64,000 bases of DNA, taken from assembly GCA_050179755.1 (NCBI GenBank), contig JBFXEV010000001.1, positions 297,994-361,993 on the forward strand, written 5' to 3'. The notes under the pieces were generated by a model. The model saw only the letters and a program-made list of their open reading frames with translations, did no database searches and was not told the origin of the DNA. Below are positions 30,051-40,581 of this stretch, piece by piece. Position 1 is the first letter of the stretch. The number at the start of each line of letters is the position of its first letter. This DNA comes from Candidatus Babeliales bacterium (lineage in GTDB: Bacteria; Babelota; Babeliae; Babelales; JBFXEV01). The position numbers and the translations under genes were made by a program.

Positions 30051-31274
30051 CTACATGTTAGTCATACTTGATTGTGCTCCCGTCATTACTCCCATAATAG
30101 ACAGAACTACAAATCCTACTACTATTGCTACTACTACCATCATTATCGGTTCTAATAAAGCCGTCAAGTTATCTGAATATTCAGAAAGATCTGTTTCATA
30201 ATTTTGCGCAACGAGCAATAACATTTCATCGAGCTTACCCGTTTCTTCACCCGTTTTAATTAAATAAATAGCAATCGGGGGGAAAATACCAGTCTGCTGC
30301 AAATAATCCGCTATACGGCCTTCTTTAATAATTTTTTCTCGTGCTTGCCGCAAGGTATCTGCCAAAACACGGTTATCTACTATGCTTACTACAATATCAA
30401 GTGCTTGCGTTAAATTAACACCACCTGCCAAAAGCATGCCAAGCGTTCTACAAAACTGCACGATTACATTCATGCGAGAAAAATAACCTATGATAGGTAA
30501 TTTTAACTTTAACCTATCAAGAAAGCGAGCGCCTTGAGCAGTGCGCCGCCAATACATAAATGCAGCAACTAGCATTATCAAAAAAGCTATAATATAAAGA
30601 TAATAAGAAGTCACAAACGTAGAAACACTCATCATTAATGCAGTAGAACCAGGCAATTTGCCACCCATTGACTCTACCATTTCTGCAAGTTGCGGCACCA
30701 CAAATACCAAAAGACCGATTACTACCAAAAAAACTACCCCAAGTTGAATAAGCGGCGTTCGCAATGCACCGCGCACTTTTTTAATGATAGCTTCTCGTTG
30801 CTCCATATAATCAACTAAGCGATCAAGCACTTTTTCCAAATTACCGCTTGCCTCTCCTGCACGCACCAACTGTACATAAATAGTATCAAAATCTTTGGGA
30901 TATCTGCTTAAGTTTTCTGCAAGCGATTGACCTTCTTTAACGCCATCTTTAATAGAGATTAACATAGAGCGTAAGCGGCCTTTAAATTGATCAATAAGAA
31001 GTTCAAGAGCTCTGAGTAACGGCACACCAGATCGCAATAACACTGCAAGTTGTTTGGTAAATAATATTTTATCTTTTAAACTAATTGACCTACTAAATAT
31101 GCCCGTGATTCGTTGCCATAAGCTCTGCGTATATTCTGTTGCACGCTCTATAGTAATGGGATAAGCACCTTGCTTGATAAGTTGCTCTTTTACATGCGTG
31201 GCAGAAGGGGCATCTATTGTGCCCGAAATTTTTTTACCATCTTTGGCAAATGCTTGATACGAATATAATGCCAT
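30051..31274 (-). CDS. gspF: T2SS/T4P inner-membrane platform protein GspF/PilC
   Basis: FTKQLAVLLRSGVPL, AGEASGNL, GEETGKLDEML, LLEP. Confidence 0.93.
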   Translation of the reverse strand: MALYSYQAFAKDGKKISGTIDAPSATHVKEQLIKQGAYPITIERATEYTQSLWQRITGIFSRSISLKDKILFTKQLAVLLRSGVPLLRALELLIDQFKGRLRSMLISIKDGVKEGQSLAENLSRYPKDFDTIYVQLVRAGEASGNLEKVLDRLVDYMEQREAIIKKVRGALRTPLIQLGVVFLVVIGLLVFVVPQLAEMVESMGGKLPGSTALMMSVSTFVTSYYLYIIAFLIMLVAAFMYWRRTAQGARFLDRLKLKLPIIGYFSRMNVIVQFCRTLGMLLAGGVNLTQALDIVVSIVDNRVLADTLRQAREKIIKEGRIADYLQQTGIFPPIAIYLIKTGEETGKLDEMLLLVAQNYETDLSEYSDNLTALLEPIMMVVVAIVVGFVVLSIMGVMTGAQSSMTNM

Positions 31275-31314
31275 TCATTTTTTCCTTTAAGACTACTTTT
31301 ATCAAAATTCAAAA

Positions 31315-31393
31315 ACTTCGCCATCAAGCCCATTCATGGGCGCAGTCCGGCGAAACTGGCCGAGTCCGATGACCCGGACCGAGTGTAGACGGG
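31315..31393. repeat. GC-rich multi-hairpin intergenic element
   Basis: ttcgcc...ggcgaa enclosing gccca-ttca-tgggc; gtccg...cggac; shares acttcgcca with the element at 39591. Confidence 0.45.
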
Positions 31394-31457
31394 TTGCTTT
31401 GCGCAATTTTCGTGGTACCCTCAAATATATATATTTCATTTTTTAGGAGTTTCTGCC

Positions 31458-32465
31458 ATGAAATACACATCCTTATTTCTTACTCTCTTTATAAGTTTCT
31501 CTTTTTTTATGGAGAGTGCAAATGCACACCCTGATGACGGGCAAGTGTTTAATGCTGAACAATGGAACATTGAAGAACAAGATCCATTAACATTATTTTG
31601 CTCACCGGTAAAATTTACACGCTCAGGAGTGCGTTGCTTTCTAAAACATGTCTTAAATCGTGCAGAATATTGCCAAGATTTTTATCCTCACAGCTTTTCG
31701 CATGTGATTGAATTTCTTGAATATGGCAATAGAACCGAACAAGATCTAGAATATATTATATCAACTCTTCGTCTTTTTAATAATAAGCTTAAAGGTTCAC
31801 GCTTTGTAACCGCAACTGCTTATTCAACATTTTTAGAACAATTACCTGCAACAATTGCAACATACGCAAAACCTAAAGAAGAAAGCGTATGGGAAAATAT
31901 TCAAAAATCTATAAAGTCAATTTTATATAATTCATTCTTAACTCGATTCTCATTCTTTAAAGAAGAACCAGATACGTTCTTTAATGATATTACCGAACAA
32001 ATCACTCAAGCAGTAAGCCAAGAATTGATTGAAGATAGAATATCGCAAGAACAATTTAAACAAACACTCGTGCGCTTCCTTGAAAATGGACTTAATAAAG
32101 TGGTATGGTGCCCGGTAGCAGAAGAAGACGTATGGAAGTCTGTCAAACAAATTTCTACACAGCTTCATAACCTTTATGAGCAAGAAATTATTAACGAAGA
32201 TGAGCTTGATGATCTTTATAAATCACTTCTTGAACAATTTTGCCATTTCTTAGATTTGTGTGGCTCTGATTTATCAATTGATATCATTAATCAAATTAAA
32301 GAAGACATTGAAGCTGGCGAACTAAACTTCTTGGCTCTTGATGAACAAGAAGAGTATATAGAAACTAAAGCTGAGCGGTTAACAAGAGCTGTGCTGCAAA
32401 CTGAAGCAAAAGCATTTGCTCGTGGGTATGGTATTATGACTGACGTGCTCCCAAAACGTCCATAA
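31458..32465 (+). CDS. Secreted acidic helical hypothetical protein
   Basis: AGGAG RBS, signal ending ANA, 335 aa. Confidence 0.75.
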   Translation: MKYTSLFLTLFISFSFFMESANAHPDDGQVFNAEQWNIEEQDPLTLFCSPVKFTRSGVRCFLKHVLNRAEYCQDFYPHSFSHVIEFLEYGNRTEQDLEYIISTLRLFNNKLKGSRFVTATAYSTFLEQLPATIATYAKPKEESVWENIQKSIKSILYNSFLTRFSFFKEEPDTFFNDITEQITQAVSQELIEDRISQEQFKQTLVRFLENGLNKVVWCPVAEEDVWKSVKQISTQLHNLYEQEIINEDELDDLYKSLLEQFCHFLDLCGSDLSIDIINQIKEDIEAGELNFLALDEQEEYIETKAERLTRAVLQTEAKAFARGYGIMTDVLPKRP

Positions 32466-32500
32466 AACTTGAAACACTCTCTATAATTATTTTGAATATA

Positions 32501-32534
32501 AAAAACGCTTGAGTATATTACCTCAAGCGTTTTT
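32501..32534. terminator. Bidirectional hairpin terminator
   Basis: aaaaacgcttgag...ctcaagcgttttt. Confidence 0.7.
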
Positions 32535-32832
32535 ATCTAAATGATTTTTTATTTGGATGAGCCACAACCGCAACAACAGTTATCTGGCCCTTTAATGGAC
32601 CATAATACCAAAAAACACGATATGCACCAGGGTGCACATATGCCTCAAATACTTTCTGGCCCTCAGGACCTTGTAAATTGTGATACTCATGAGTATTTAG
32701 CGAAGAATGCCTAAGATCTAACGCCATAAAGGCAAGCGTTCTATAAATTCCTCGCACAAGAGGCTTGCAAGACGCATCTTGCTCAAGCTCCTTTAAGTCA
32801 TTATCCGCGCGCTCAGTGAATATTAGATCCAT
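32533..32832 (-). CDS. RelE-like toxin
   Basis: LIFTERA.NDL, RHSSLNTHEY, VFEAYV..GAYRVFWYYGP...I.VVA..AHP. Confidence 0.7.
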   Translation of the reverse strand: MDLIFTERADNDLKELEQDASCKPLVRGIYRTLAFMALDLRHSSLNTHEYHNLQGPEGQKVFEAYVHPGAYRVFWYYGPLKGQITVVAVVAHPNKKSFR

Positions 32833-32834
32833 AG

Positions 32835-33023
32835 CTACTCATCTAAGTATTCAGAAAAAGAGCCACGATCAATGGTTCCTTTTTGCTGTAAACCTTCTTT
32901 TACTTGTGCAAGCAACTCTTTGTTTTCTGGTGCAAATAACCATGTTTGGTCTTGAATATCTTGCGCAGCATCCAAAACGATTGTAGCATCTACCACAGTA
33001 CGTTGTTTGTTTTGCTTTTTCAT
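32835..33023 (-). CDS. Putative antitoxin
   Basis: 62 aa, 2 bp upstream of the toxin; WLF.PENKE.LA.VKEGL...DRGSFSEY. Confidence 0.65.
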   Translation of the reverse strand: MKKQNKQRTVVDATIVLDAAQDIQDQTWLFAPENKELLAQVKEGLQQKGTIDRGSFSEYLDE

Positions 33024-33030
33024 ACCGCTC

Positions 33031-34356
33031 TTAAAAGTTAAAACTCATAACTGCCGTGATAGTATCACACGCAATCACGCGTTTACCTGCCACCGGTAGC
33101 TTATATATTAATTTAAATTGGGGCTTAATGAGTGCATCTGGACTCACATCATAGAGCGTGTCATACTCTGCTGCAAATAAAAGCTGAAACACTTTCCATG
33201 CTTTAAGTGCCTTTGATGAATTTGCGATCAACTCTGAATTATTATTATTAAACAACGTTACATGCGATCTGCTTTGTTTAACAAATTGATAGGTGGCAGA
33301 AAGTGAAAGCCCACGCACAAGATGATGCGTTTCAAGATACAGGTTATATTGCTGTGCAAAACCTGGATCTATAAATGCACGGTCTTTAACCAAGTAAAAT
33401 AAATCTGTTTGAGTTGGTGCTGTTTTAATGCGGCGTTCACGCGTGTTACCAAAAATTTGCCAGAACTGCACATCAAGGCCACCGCGCAATTGATTGATAA
33501 ATGGCAAACAGTTAAACCAATCAAGATCAATCCCTGCGCCAAAAACAAGCGCGGTTGAACCATCACAACCAAAGGGCACCGAAAATAAATCATTTACATC
33601 AGTTTTTATACCAGTAGGAAAGCTTACACCACCGCGTATATTCAGCGATACATTTTTAAGCCATGGTTTTCCCTGTGGAAAATCACGCCACCATTCTACC
33701 ATCACGGCAACATCGCCAATACCTGTTTTTTTCCATCCATCAAGATTTAGTGCAGGATCAAACAAATGTACTACATCAACAAAATTATTAGTAATGAGCT
33801 GACGAACTCTCACATCTTGGGGATCAAAGTTCTCTTGCGATGTTAAATCAACAATGCGCACATTTTTTAGTTTCATTGAGTAAAATGGCACAAATACAGC
33901 AAGCGAAATATTATACGGAAATACATAACGAGCATTAATACCAAAGCCACCCTTATAATCAAAATCACCAGTAAATCGCATATTCCCGCGCAATGGCTCA
34001 GTAAATGCAGTAATGGGAGAAGTAGGTTCATAAGGCGCGAGCATGCCAACTCGCTGCAATAATATTTTTTGCTCTTGATTAATTGGCGTTATGCCACCAA
34101 GCATGGCAACTGCATTATGCGTAAACTGAAACAATTGTAATGGATTAACTTTTTCACCATCGCGGTTATATGCTTTTGTATGTGTGCCAATTTCAGCCCA
34201 TCCGGTAATTTGGATGGGTTCACAGTCCCAGCGATGTGTACGCAAATTAATATCATACGGTCTAAATACATTAATACGAAATAGCGCAAATGACGTGCTA
34301 CATGCACTGAGCATAATAAGCAACATCATGCAGACTATACGTGGAAATTTTATCAT
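33031..34356 (-). CDS. Putative outer-membrane beta-barrel protein
   Basis: Signal peptide, GIGD and G.SFPTG motifs, alternating aromatic strands, terminal Phe (MSFNF). Confidence 0.6.
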   Translation of the reverse strand: MIKFPRIVCMMLLIMLSACSTSFALFRINVFRPYDINLRTHRWDCEPIQITGWAEIGTHTKAYNRDGEKVNPLQLFQFTHNAVAMLGGITPINQEQKILLQRVGMLAPYEPTSPITAFTEPLRGNMRFTGDFDYKGGFGINARYVFPYNISLAVFVPFYSMKLKNVRIVDLTSQENFDPQDVRVRQLITNNFVDVVHLFDPALNLDGWKKTGIGDVAVMVEWWRDFPQGKPWLKNVSLNIRGGVSFPTGIKTDVNDLFSVPFGCDGSTALVFGAGIDLDWFNCLPFINQLRGGLDVQFWQIFGNTRERRIKTAPTQTDLFYLVKDRAFIDPGFAQQYNLYLETHHLVRGLSLSATYQFVKQSRSHVTLFNNNNSELIANSSKALKAWKVFQLLFAAEYDTLYDVSPDALIKPQFKLIYKLPVAGKRVIACDTITAVMSFNF

Positions 34357-34383
34357 AGTTACTATCCTAGATGCTTAAAATTA

Positions 34384-37300
34384 TTATTCATAAATACGCA
34401 CACCATCATCTGCGGTGACAAAAAGTGTTCCTGTGCCAGTGCTACGAATAATACTGTTCACCTGACGTGTCTGTTCGTTAAACGTAAGTTGAGAGGTTCC
34501 TGGATTACGCTTTATTCCAGCTGCTGGCACTCTTGCAAGCTCAACACCTTTATCTTCAAATCGAGCACGTGCAACCAAATGCAACGCACCATCAGTATAA
34601 AAAGTATTAATGCGATGAGCATGATTAATCCATGATCCACAATATTTCTTTTTAACATCGGGAACCAAAACTACTGGCTCTGGTAATGAGCGATCAATAA
34701 ATAATCGATTAACACTTGCGGTTTCATCAAACAATGAACACGCTACCACATATAATTGCCCAACACCGGCAGCATCATAGATGTTGACCGTTGAAGACAC
34801 TGCAACAAGGGCTGATATGTTAGCACTTGCGGATGGTAAATCAATACGCTGCCACGTAATCTGATCTTGATGCAATGCTGCATGATAATCAACTCCAGGA
34901 GCGGTTGCCACAAGGCCACGCGGCGTTGCCACAAAGAGAATACCCTGAACAATACACGCATCATTAAACACGTAACCTTCGCACACGGCGCCAATAGTTT
35001 CTGCTGTTGCTAACGTGCATACATCTTTTTGCTGGCCATTCTTTTTAAAACTATCTTTATGTAAAGGAATACGGTCAATACGATCTTCGGTCACAATGTA
35101 TAAAAATTGATCGTCACTCATAATTTTTCGTACCCACTCATATGAGCCAAACATCGTAAATGCAAGCTCGGGATTAAGCGATGCAAATGCATTACCAAAT
35201 CCTGTGGCGGTAGCTATTCCATGACCATCATTTGTTTGTAATAGTGCAACCCCGCGCGGCCCACCAATACACAACCATTGATCTTTACCATCGGTAGCTA
35301 TATGCATCACATCAATGAATCCAAGCTCATCAAGAGCCCCGCCTTTACATAACATAACATCAGGCTTAGGATCAACCTGTGCACACGCATTAAGTGTGCC
35401 ATCTTCACAGCGTAACATTACGTGATGATCACGTATAAGATTATTGCCATGCGCATCATACACGGGGTTAGTCTGTGCAATGAGAAGTTGCTGATGACCT
35501 GCCGCTATAAGATAAGACGATGCACAGTTACGCGTTGCTGGTACATCGCACAATACTTTTACACCACCAAGATTACTATCAAACTGCGTTGTTAAAAGAT
35601 AGCTTAAAAATTGCGCCGAACTTGCATAGTGGCTCGTATGACCATAACCCAACGCATATCCTGTATTTAGAACACAATTAAAATCAGGCTTTTCTTCTTT
35701 TTTTGAATTTTTCTGTACCACGGGCTCAGCAGGAACGCCGCTATCAGCAGCTTTTTTAAGCGCTTCTTTTTTTGCTTTTTCTTTTTGTTCTTCATTACGT
35801 TTTACTTGAGCTTGCCTTTTTGCAATTTCGGCAGCAGCTTTTGCTTCAAGCACTTCATTTTCTTTTGCAATAGATGGCCCGCGCCAAGCAAATCCATGAA
35901 AACGCAGCCGATCTTTATGCTCGGCACAAAGACTTAGTTTATGAAATGTTGATCCATGCATAAACATACCAATAACCGGATCGGTTGATCCTGCAGTGCG
36001 CTGCCATGGTGACCATGCTGCTATAGCCCCTTTTTCATTAATAATTGCTTGTGAACAAAAAATTCCTGGCAATTCTTGAGTATGACATGCTGCCACCGCC
36101 GCATATATAGTTTCACCAATTGCTTGCATATCAGTAACTGGGCCAGGAAGCGCTCCTGATCCAACAGTAAACGGAGCAGATTGATCATCTTTTTCCATAG
36201 GAATTGCAAGCACAAACGAAGACAGATTCTGTACGCGCTGTGCACCACCTACCGTAATACAATATTTTTTAGCATTATTCAACGTAAAGATAAACAACCC
36301 AGGCTCTTGTTGCCAAGCTGAAATTGGTTCAAATGGACCTTTATAATACATCAGATCTTTGCGCAAGGCACTCAACATACATTTATTTTGAACTACCTTA
36401 CCCATAAGTATTGCATGCTGCTCTTTTTGGAATGGATTCTGAACTTCAAGAAATAAACTGCCATTAGTTATTTGCATGTCAGTAACAGTGTATACACCAA
36501 ATTGCTTAAGCGCTTCAGGCAATAGCGCTTCTAATGATATGCTCTTTGAAACGGCTTCAGCGCCAGTCAGTGGATCAATTCCCACAAAGAGGTATTTTGC
36601 CCTTGGCTTATTTTCTTTAGTCTTTTTTTCTTCCTTTGCATCATCTGCATCTGTATCATTAGTAACAGCTTCTGTTTTTTTCTCAACCTTTTTTGGTGGA
36701 ATAACCTTATTATAAGATTTAATAAAAACAAATGAATCATTGTGCTCTGCCGAATTTGAAGCTACTTGAGCCACTACATATTCAACGCCTTCTATAATAC
36801 CACTTGCAAGGCGCAAAATTTTACCTTGCTTGCCATCTACTGGCATTATTTTATGCACATGAATAATAGCGCCGCCCAGTTTATCAAACCCAGAATAACG
36901 ATAAATGGTATCTGGCTTACTTTCAATAACAACATAAAGCGTATCGTTATAACCAACACTTATATGCTGAACTTTTTGGTTATAAAGCGGATTTAACTGG
37001 TCTACTGCCTTATTCATAAAAACTTTTTTATAAGCAATAGAAACAAAATCTCCATTTGTAGTTAGTTTAGTAAGCGCTGCACTATTATACCCAACTTCGG
37101 GAGCTCCAAAGTAAATGTTTTGATTTGCTTTTATTGCGTATGGGCACGGCATTGCATCAATTATTGCACCACCAAGCTCATATTTGGTTGAGGTAATGCG
37201 AATTTTATCGACATGAGCCGCTTCTTGCACAGCAAGAGCAACTTCATTAGATTCAGGCTCACTAACTACACGTGGTTGATCAATTTGATCATCAATTAAA

Positions 37301-37413
37301 GGTGTATTATCTACTTGATCTAATGATAAAGCATCCTGAGCACATGCTACCCCATTCAGCAAAAAAAGACCCACCATTAGTATGTGGACTGCGTTTTTTA
37401 TATAATTTTTCAT
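34384..37413 (-). CDS. Large secreted hypothetical protein
   Basis: 1009 aa, signal peptide, beta-rich segments separated by K/E-rich linkers. Confidence 0.75.
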   Translation of the reverse strand: MKNYIKNAVHILMVGLFLLNGVACAQDALSLDQVDNTPLIDDQIDQPRVVSEPESNEVALAVQEAAHVDKIRITSTKYELGGAIIDAMPCPYAIKANQNIYFGAPEVGYNSAALTKLTTNGDFVSIAYKKVFMNKAVDQLNPLYNQKVQHISVGYNDTLYVVIESKPDTIYRYSGFDKLGGAIIHVHKIMPVDGKQGKILRLASGIIEGVEYVVAQVASNSAEHNDSFVFIKSYNKVIPPKKVEKKTEAVTNDTDADDAKEEKKTKENKPRAKYLFVGIDPLTGAEAVSKSISLEALLPEALKQFGVYTVTDMQITNGSLFLEVQNPFQKEQHAILMGKVVQNKCMLSALRKDLMYYKGPFEPISAWQQEPGLFIFTLNNAKKYCITVGGAQRVQNLSSFVLAIPMEKDDQSAPFTVGSGALPGPVTDMQAIGETIYAAVAACHTQELPGIFCSQAIINEKGAIAAWSPWQRTAGSTDPVIGMFMHGSTFHKLSLCAEHKDRLRFHGFAWRGPSIAKENEVLEAKAAAEIAKRQAQVKRNEEQKEKAKKEALKKAADSGVPAEPVVQKNSKKEEKPDFNCVLNTGYALGYGHTSHYASSAQFLSYLLTTQFDSNLGGVKVLCDVPATRNCASSYLIAAGHQQLLIAQTNPVYDAHGNNLIRDHHVMLRCEDGTLNACAQVDPKPDVMLCKGGALDELGFIDVMHIATDGKDQWLCIGGPRGVALLQTNDGHGIATATGFGNAFASLNPELAFTMFGSYEWVRKIMSDDQFLYIVTEDRIDRIPLHKDSFKKNGQQKDVCTLATAETIGAVCEGYVFNDACIVQGILFVATPRGLVATAPGVDYHAALHQDQITWQRIDLPSASANISALVAVSSTVNIYDAAGVGQLYVVACSLFDETASVNRLFIDRSLPEPVVLVPDVKKKYCGSWINHAHRINTFYTDGALHLVARARFEDKGVELARVPAAGIKRNPGTSQLTFNEQTRQVNSIIRSTGTGTLFVTADDGVRIYE

Positions 37414-37591
37414 TGATATCCTCGAGTATATAGATCACTAGTTTAAGTCAAATTAGATAAAAAAACTATTGTTGAGAAGCCACTAGTTCATAGGTTGCGA
37501 CAAAACGAAATTATTTACAATTTAATAAAACTATGCTAATTCTAGTATGCCATGATTTTGAAAAATAGTTAGTTAAACAGCAAAGAACGCT

Positions 37592-39133
37592 ATGCACACT
37601 CATATATATTCCGCAACAACCATTGGCGTTTGCGCACACCTTGTGAAAGTTGAAGTTGATCTTTCTTTTGGCATGCTCCAATTCTTTATTGTTGGCTTAC
37701 CTGATACGGCAATTAAAGAAAGCAAGCAACGCATTGCAACCGCTCTTAAAAATAGCGGCATACGCCTGCCAGAACGTAAAATAACCGTTAATCTGGCACC
37801 CGCAGATCTTAAAAAGGAAGGAACACTTTTTGATATGCCCATTGCGGTGGGTATTTTGCAAGCAGCAGGCATTATTGAAGTACAAAAAGATTTTTTAGAA
37901 GAAACACTTTTTTTGGGTGAACTTTCACTTGACGGTACTATAAGCTTTATTAAAGGGGCACTCCCTATTGCCTATGATGCAAAACGATTAGGCAAGAAAC
38001 GTATAATTTTGGCCAGTGCAAATGCGCATGAAGCTGGCCTTATACAAGGCATTGAGGTTATTGGCGTAAAAAGCTTAGTTGAACTTATTGCTTATTTGCG
38101 CAACGAACAGCCAATTATGCCAACCGTATGTGATCTTTCTTCATACAGGCAAAATTCATTGCATGCAATCGATTTTGATCAAGTAAAAGGGCAACAGCAA
38201 GCAAAACGAGCGCTCCAAATTGCAGCAGCTGGCCGACACAATATTCTTTTTATTGGCCCGCCAGGATCTGGCAAAACCATGCTTGCAAAGCGATTGCCTT
38301 CGATAATGCCTCCAATGACGTTTGATGAAATATTACACACCAGTAAGATTTATTCGGTAAGTGGCAAACTTTCAAATGAACCTCTTATCACCAAACGACC
38401 CTTTAGAAATCCACATCACACCATCTCGCAAGCAGGGCTTGTAGGTGGCGGATCGTTCCCGCAGCCCGGAGAAATAAGTTTAACGCATAATGGCATTTTG
38501 TTTTTAGACGAATTAACAGAATTTAAGCGCAGCACTTTAGAAGTACTCAGACAACCACTTGAAAATAAATCGGTATGTATTTCACGCGCAACCCACACAA
38601 TTAGCTTTCCTGCATCTTTTTTATTAGTGGCAGCATTAAATCCATGCCCCTGCGGCTTTTTAGGAGATAAAAAGCGCCCTTGTTTTTGTTCGAAACTCCA
38701 AATTGAAAAATACCTTGAAAAACTTTCAGGACCTATGCTTGACCGCATAGACTTGCAAATTAATGTGCAATCAGTTGAATACGATACTATTAAAGACAAA
38801 GGCTCCTCACCTCAAAGTTCTGCGGTGCTCTACCAAGCAGTAGAAAAAGCAGTAACATGGCAACACGAGCGATTTAATAACACTCATGCATATAATGCCG
38901 ATATGGATACGCACCAAATCGAAAAATTCTGCGTGCTCACCGAACCTGCTGAGGAGCTTATTAAAAAAGCGTTTGAACGTTTGCACTTAAGTATGCGCGG
39001 CTATCATAAAATCCTAAAAGTTGCGCGAACCATTGCAGACTTGTGCCAATCTCACATGATTGACGTACCACATATTCAAGAAGCTATCATGTATCGCTCA
39101 CTTGATAAAACACTGGAACAAATGCGCTCATGA
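37592..39133 (+). CDS. comM: YifB/ComM Mg-chelatase-like AAA+ ATPase
   Basis: VGLPD.AIKES, NLAPADLKKEG, GPPGSGKTM, PFRNPHH, GEISL.HNGILFLDE, NPCPCG. Confidence 0.92.
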   Translation: MHTHIYSATTIGVCAHLVKVEVDLSFGMLQFFIVGLPDTAIKESKQRIATALKNSGIRLPERKITVNLAPADLKKEGTLFDMPIAVGILQAAGIIEVQKDFLEETLFLGELSLDGTISFIKGALPIAYDAKRLGKKRIILASANAHEAGLIQGIEVIGVKSLVELIAYLRNEQPIMPTVCDLSSYRQNSLHAIDFDQVKGQQQAKRALQIAAAGRHNILFIGPPGSGKTMLAKRLPSIMPPMTFDEILHTSKIYSVSGKLSNEPLITKRPFRNPHHTISQAGLVGGGSFPQPGEISLTHNGILFLDELTEFKRSTLEVLRQPLENKSVCISRATHTISFPASFLLVAALNPCPCGFLGDKKRPCFCSKLQIEKYLEKLSGPMLDRIDLQINVQSVEYDTIKDKGSSPQSSAVLYQAVEKAVTWQHERFNNTHAYNADMDTHQIEKFCVLTEPAEELIKKAFERLHLSMRGYHKILKVARTIADLCQSHMIDVPHIQEAIMYRSLDKTLEQMRS

Positions 39134-39540
39134 TCCTTGGCATCGGTATTGATATAGTGGAAACTGAGCGATTTAAGGATTGGCATACAAAACCGATACG
39201 GCAATTACTCCGTATTTTTTCTCAAGATGAAATTGCCTATTGCCAAGAATTGCAAACGAAAAGCTCTGAGCGCTTTGCCGTGCGATATGCTGCCAAAGAA
39301 GCATTTTACAAAGCATATGCTGCTTGGCAACAAAAAACACCCGCGTTGCCGCTCATCACCCTCTGTAGCGCGATACACACTCGCAAAAATAAGTATGGCT
39401 TGCCATACTTAGTAGTGAACTGGCACGTGTTACAAGCCCCCTATGAGCCAACATGCCATATTTCGCTTAGCCATACAGACCGCATGGCAATCGCACAAGT
39501 GATACTAGAAGCACCGCAAACATACAAGGAAATACCATGA
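39130..39540 (+). CDS. acpS: Holo-ACP synthase
   Basis: GIGIDIVE, RYAAKEAFYKA, HISLSHT. Confidence 0.9.
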   Translation: MILGIGIDIVETERFKDWHTKPIRQLLRIFSQDEIAYCQELQTKSSERFAVRYAAKEAFYKAYAAWQQKTPALPLITLCSAIHTRKNKYGLPYLVVNWHVLQAPYEPTCHISLSHTDRMAIAQVILEAPQTYKEIP

Positions 39541-40124
39541 AGTTATTTATTACCTTTTTCGCTAGTTGCAGCCTTGCTGCCATGGATCCGACTTCGCCAA
39601 GGCTACGTCGTGATACCAATCACGCCATCTCGCCACGCTCTAGCTTAGGCGTAGCGGGAGCTCCAGAGGAGCGACGGCGGATGGATGCTCCTAGTACCAT
39701 AAATCCCAAAGCTCACCCACAGGCTTTTTTTTCGGACTTAGATGCAAGAATTCTTGCAACAGTGCAGAATGCTCAAGTAGCCTGCGAACAACACAGTAGA
39801 GACTCAATGCTTAATAATCTGGCAAAACTTTCTGAGTTACTTACACTTGCCCAAACCCATAAAGATGATTTTCTCAGCGGCTATGAAAAAAATCACAGCG
39901 CAGGCACCAAACGAACCCATGAAGTGATGCCAAGCGAAATGGAAAGCCTTAATAACGTAATGGCGTTTAGGCTACAGACGCAAAGCCTTATCACGGCATT
40001 TCAGGAAACGGCTCATGAAGAAATATCTCCCGAAGAGTGGCATCTTATGAGTAAGCTTTTTAAGGCTTTTAACCCTGTAAATGACGCTAAAAAATCACGC
40101 CCCGATTCTCAAGAGAACAAGTAA
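39537..40124 (+). CDS. Secreted hypothetical protein containing an in-frame GC-rich insertion
   Basis: AAGGA RBS, ATGA overlap, signal ending LAA-MD. Confidence 0.7.
   Translation: MKLFITFFASCSLAAMDPTSPRLRRDTNHAISPRSSLGVAGAPEERRRMDAPSTINPKAHPQAFFSDLDARILATVQNAQVACEQHSRDSMLNNLAKLSELLTLAQTHKDDFLSGYEKNHSAGTKRTHEVMPSEMESLNNVMAFRLQTQSLITAFQETAHEEISPEEWHLMSKLFKAFNPVNDAKKSRPDSQENK
39582..39686. repeat. Putative in-frame palindromic element flanked by an ATGGAT direct repeat
   Basis: ATGGAT at 39582 and 39681 (99 bp apart); GC-rich interior with acttcgccaaggctacg and cgct...agcg hairpins. Confidence 0.5.
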
Positions 40125-40182
40125 CCAGGCCCAAATATGCCACTTGGGACCATAACGATAGCAGGCTCCAGGAGCTTATTGC

Positions 40183-40210
40183 TTGACAACCAGCGTAATT
40201 AGCATACACT
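40183..40210 (+). promoter_or_regulatory. Putative sigma70 promoter for the tRNA
   Basis: TTGACA-16 bp-TACACT upstream of tRNA-Met. Confidence 0.45.
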
Positions 40211-40286
40211 TGATGTTATAAAGCAAGATTTCACCTTAAAAGGATACGTTTTGCTCACATTGACTTATATGAAATAAAAATTACGA

Positions 40287-40363
<77 letters not shown>

Positions 40364-40581
40364 AATTGTTTAAGGTACCTTAATTATAAACTTTTCTTTT
40401 TCTGGCTTTTGCCATAAACTTTCTCCACTATATCAACTCAGTTATAACCCCTGTTTTGGCACTATGTCTGCATCTTCTTATAATTCATACTTGAAGATGA
40501 AAGGCGCTGTAAAAGAAATTAATGCAGTGCTCTGCATTACTAACTATATGAATATTAATCCAAACCGAAAGACCATTTTCC

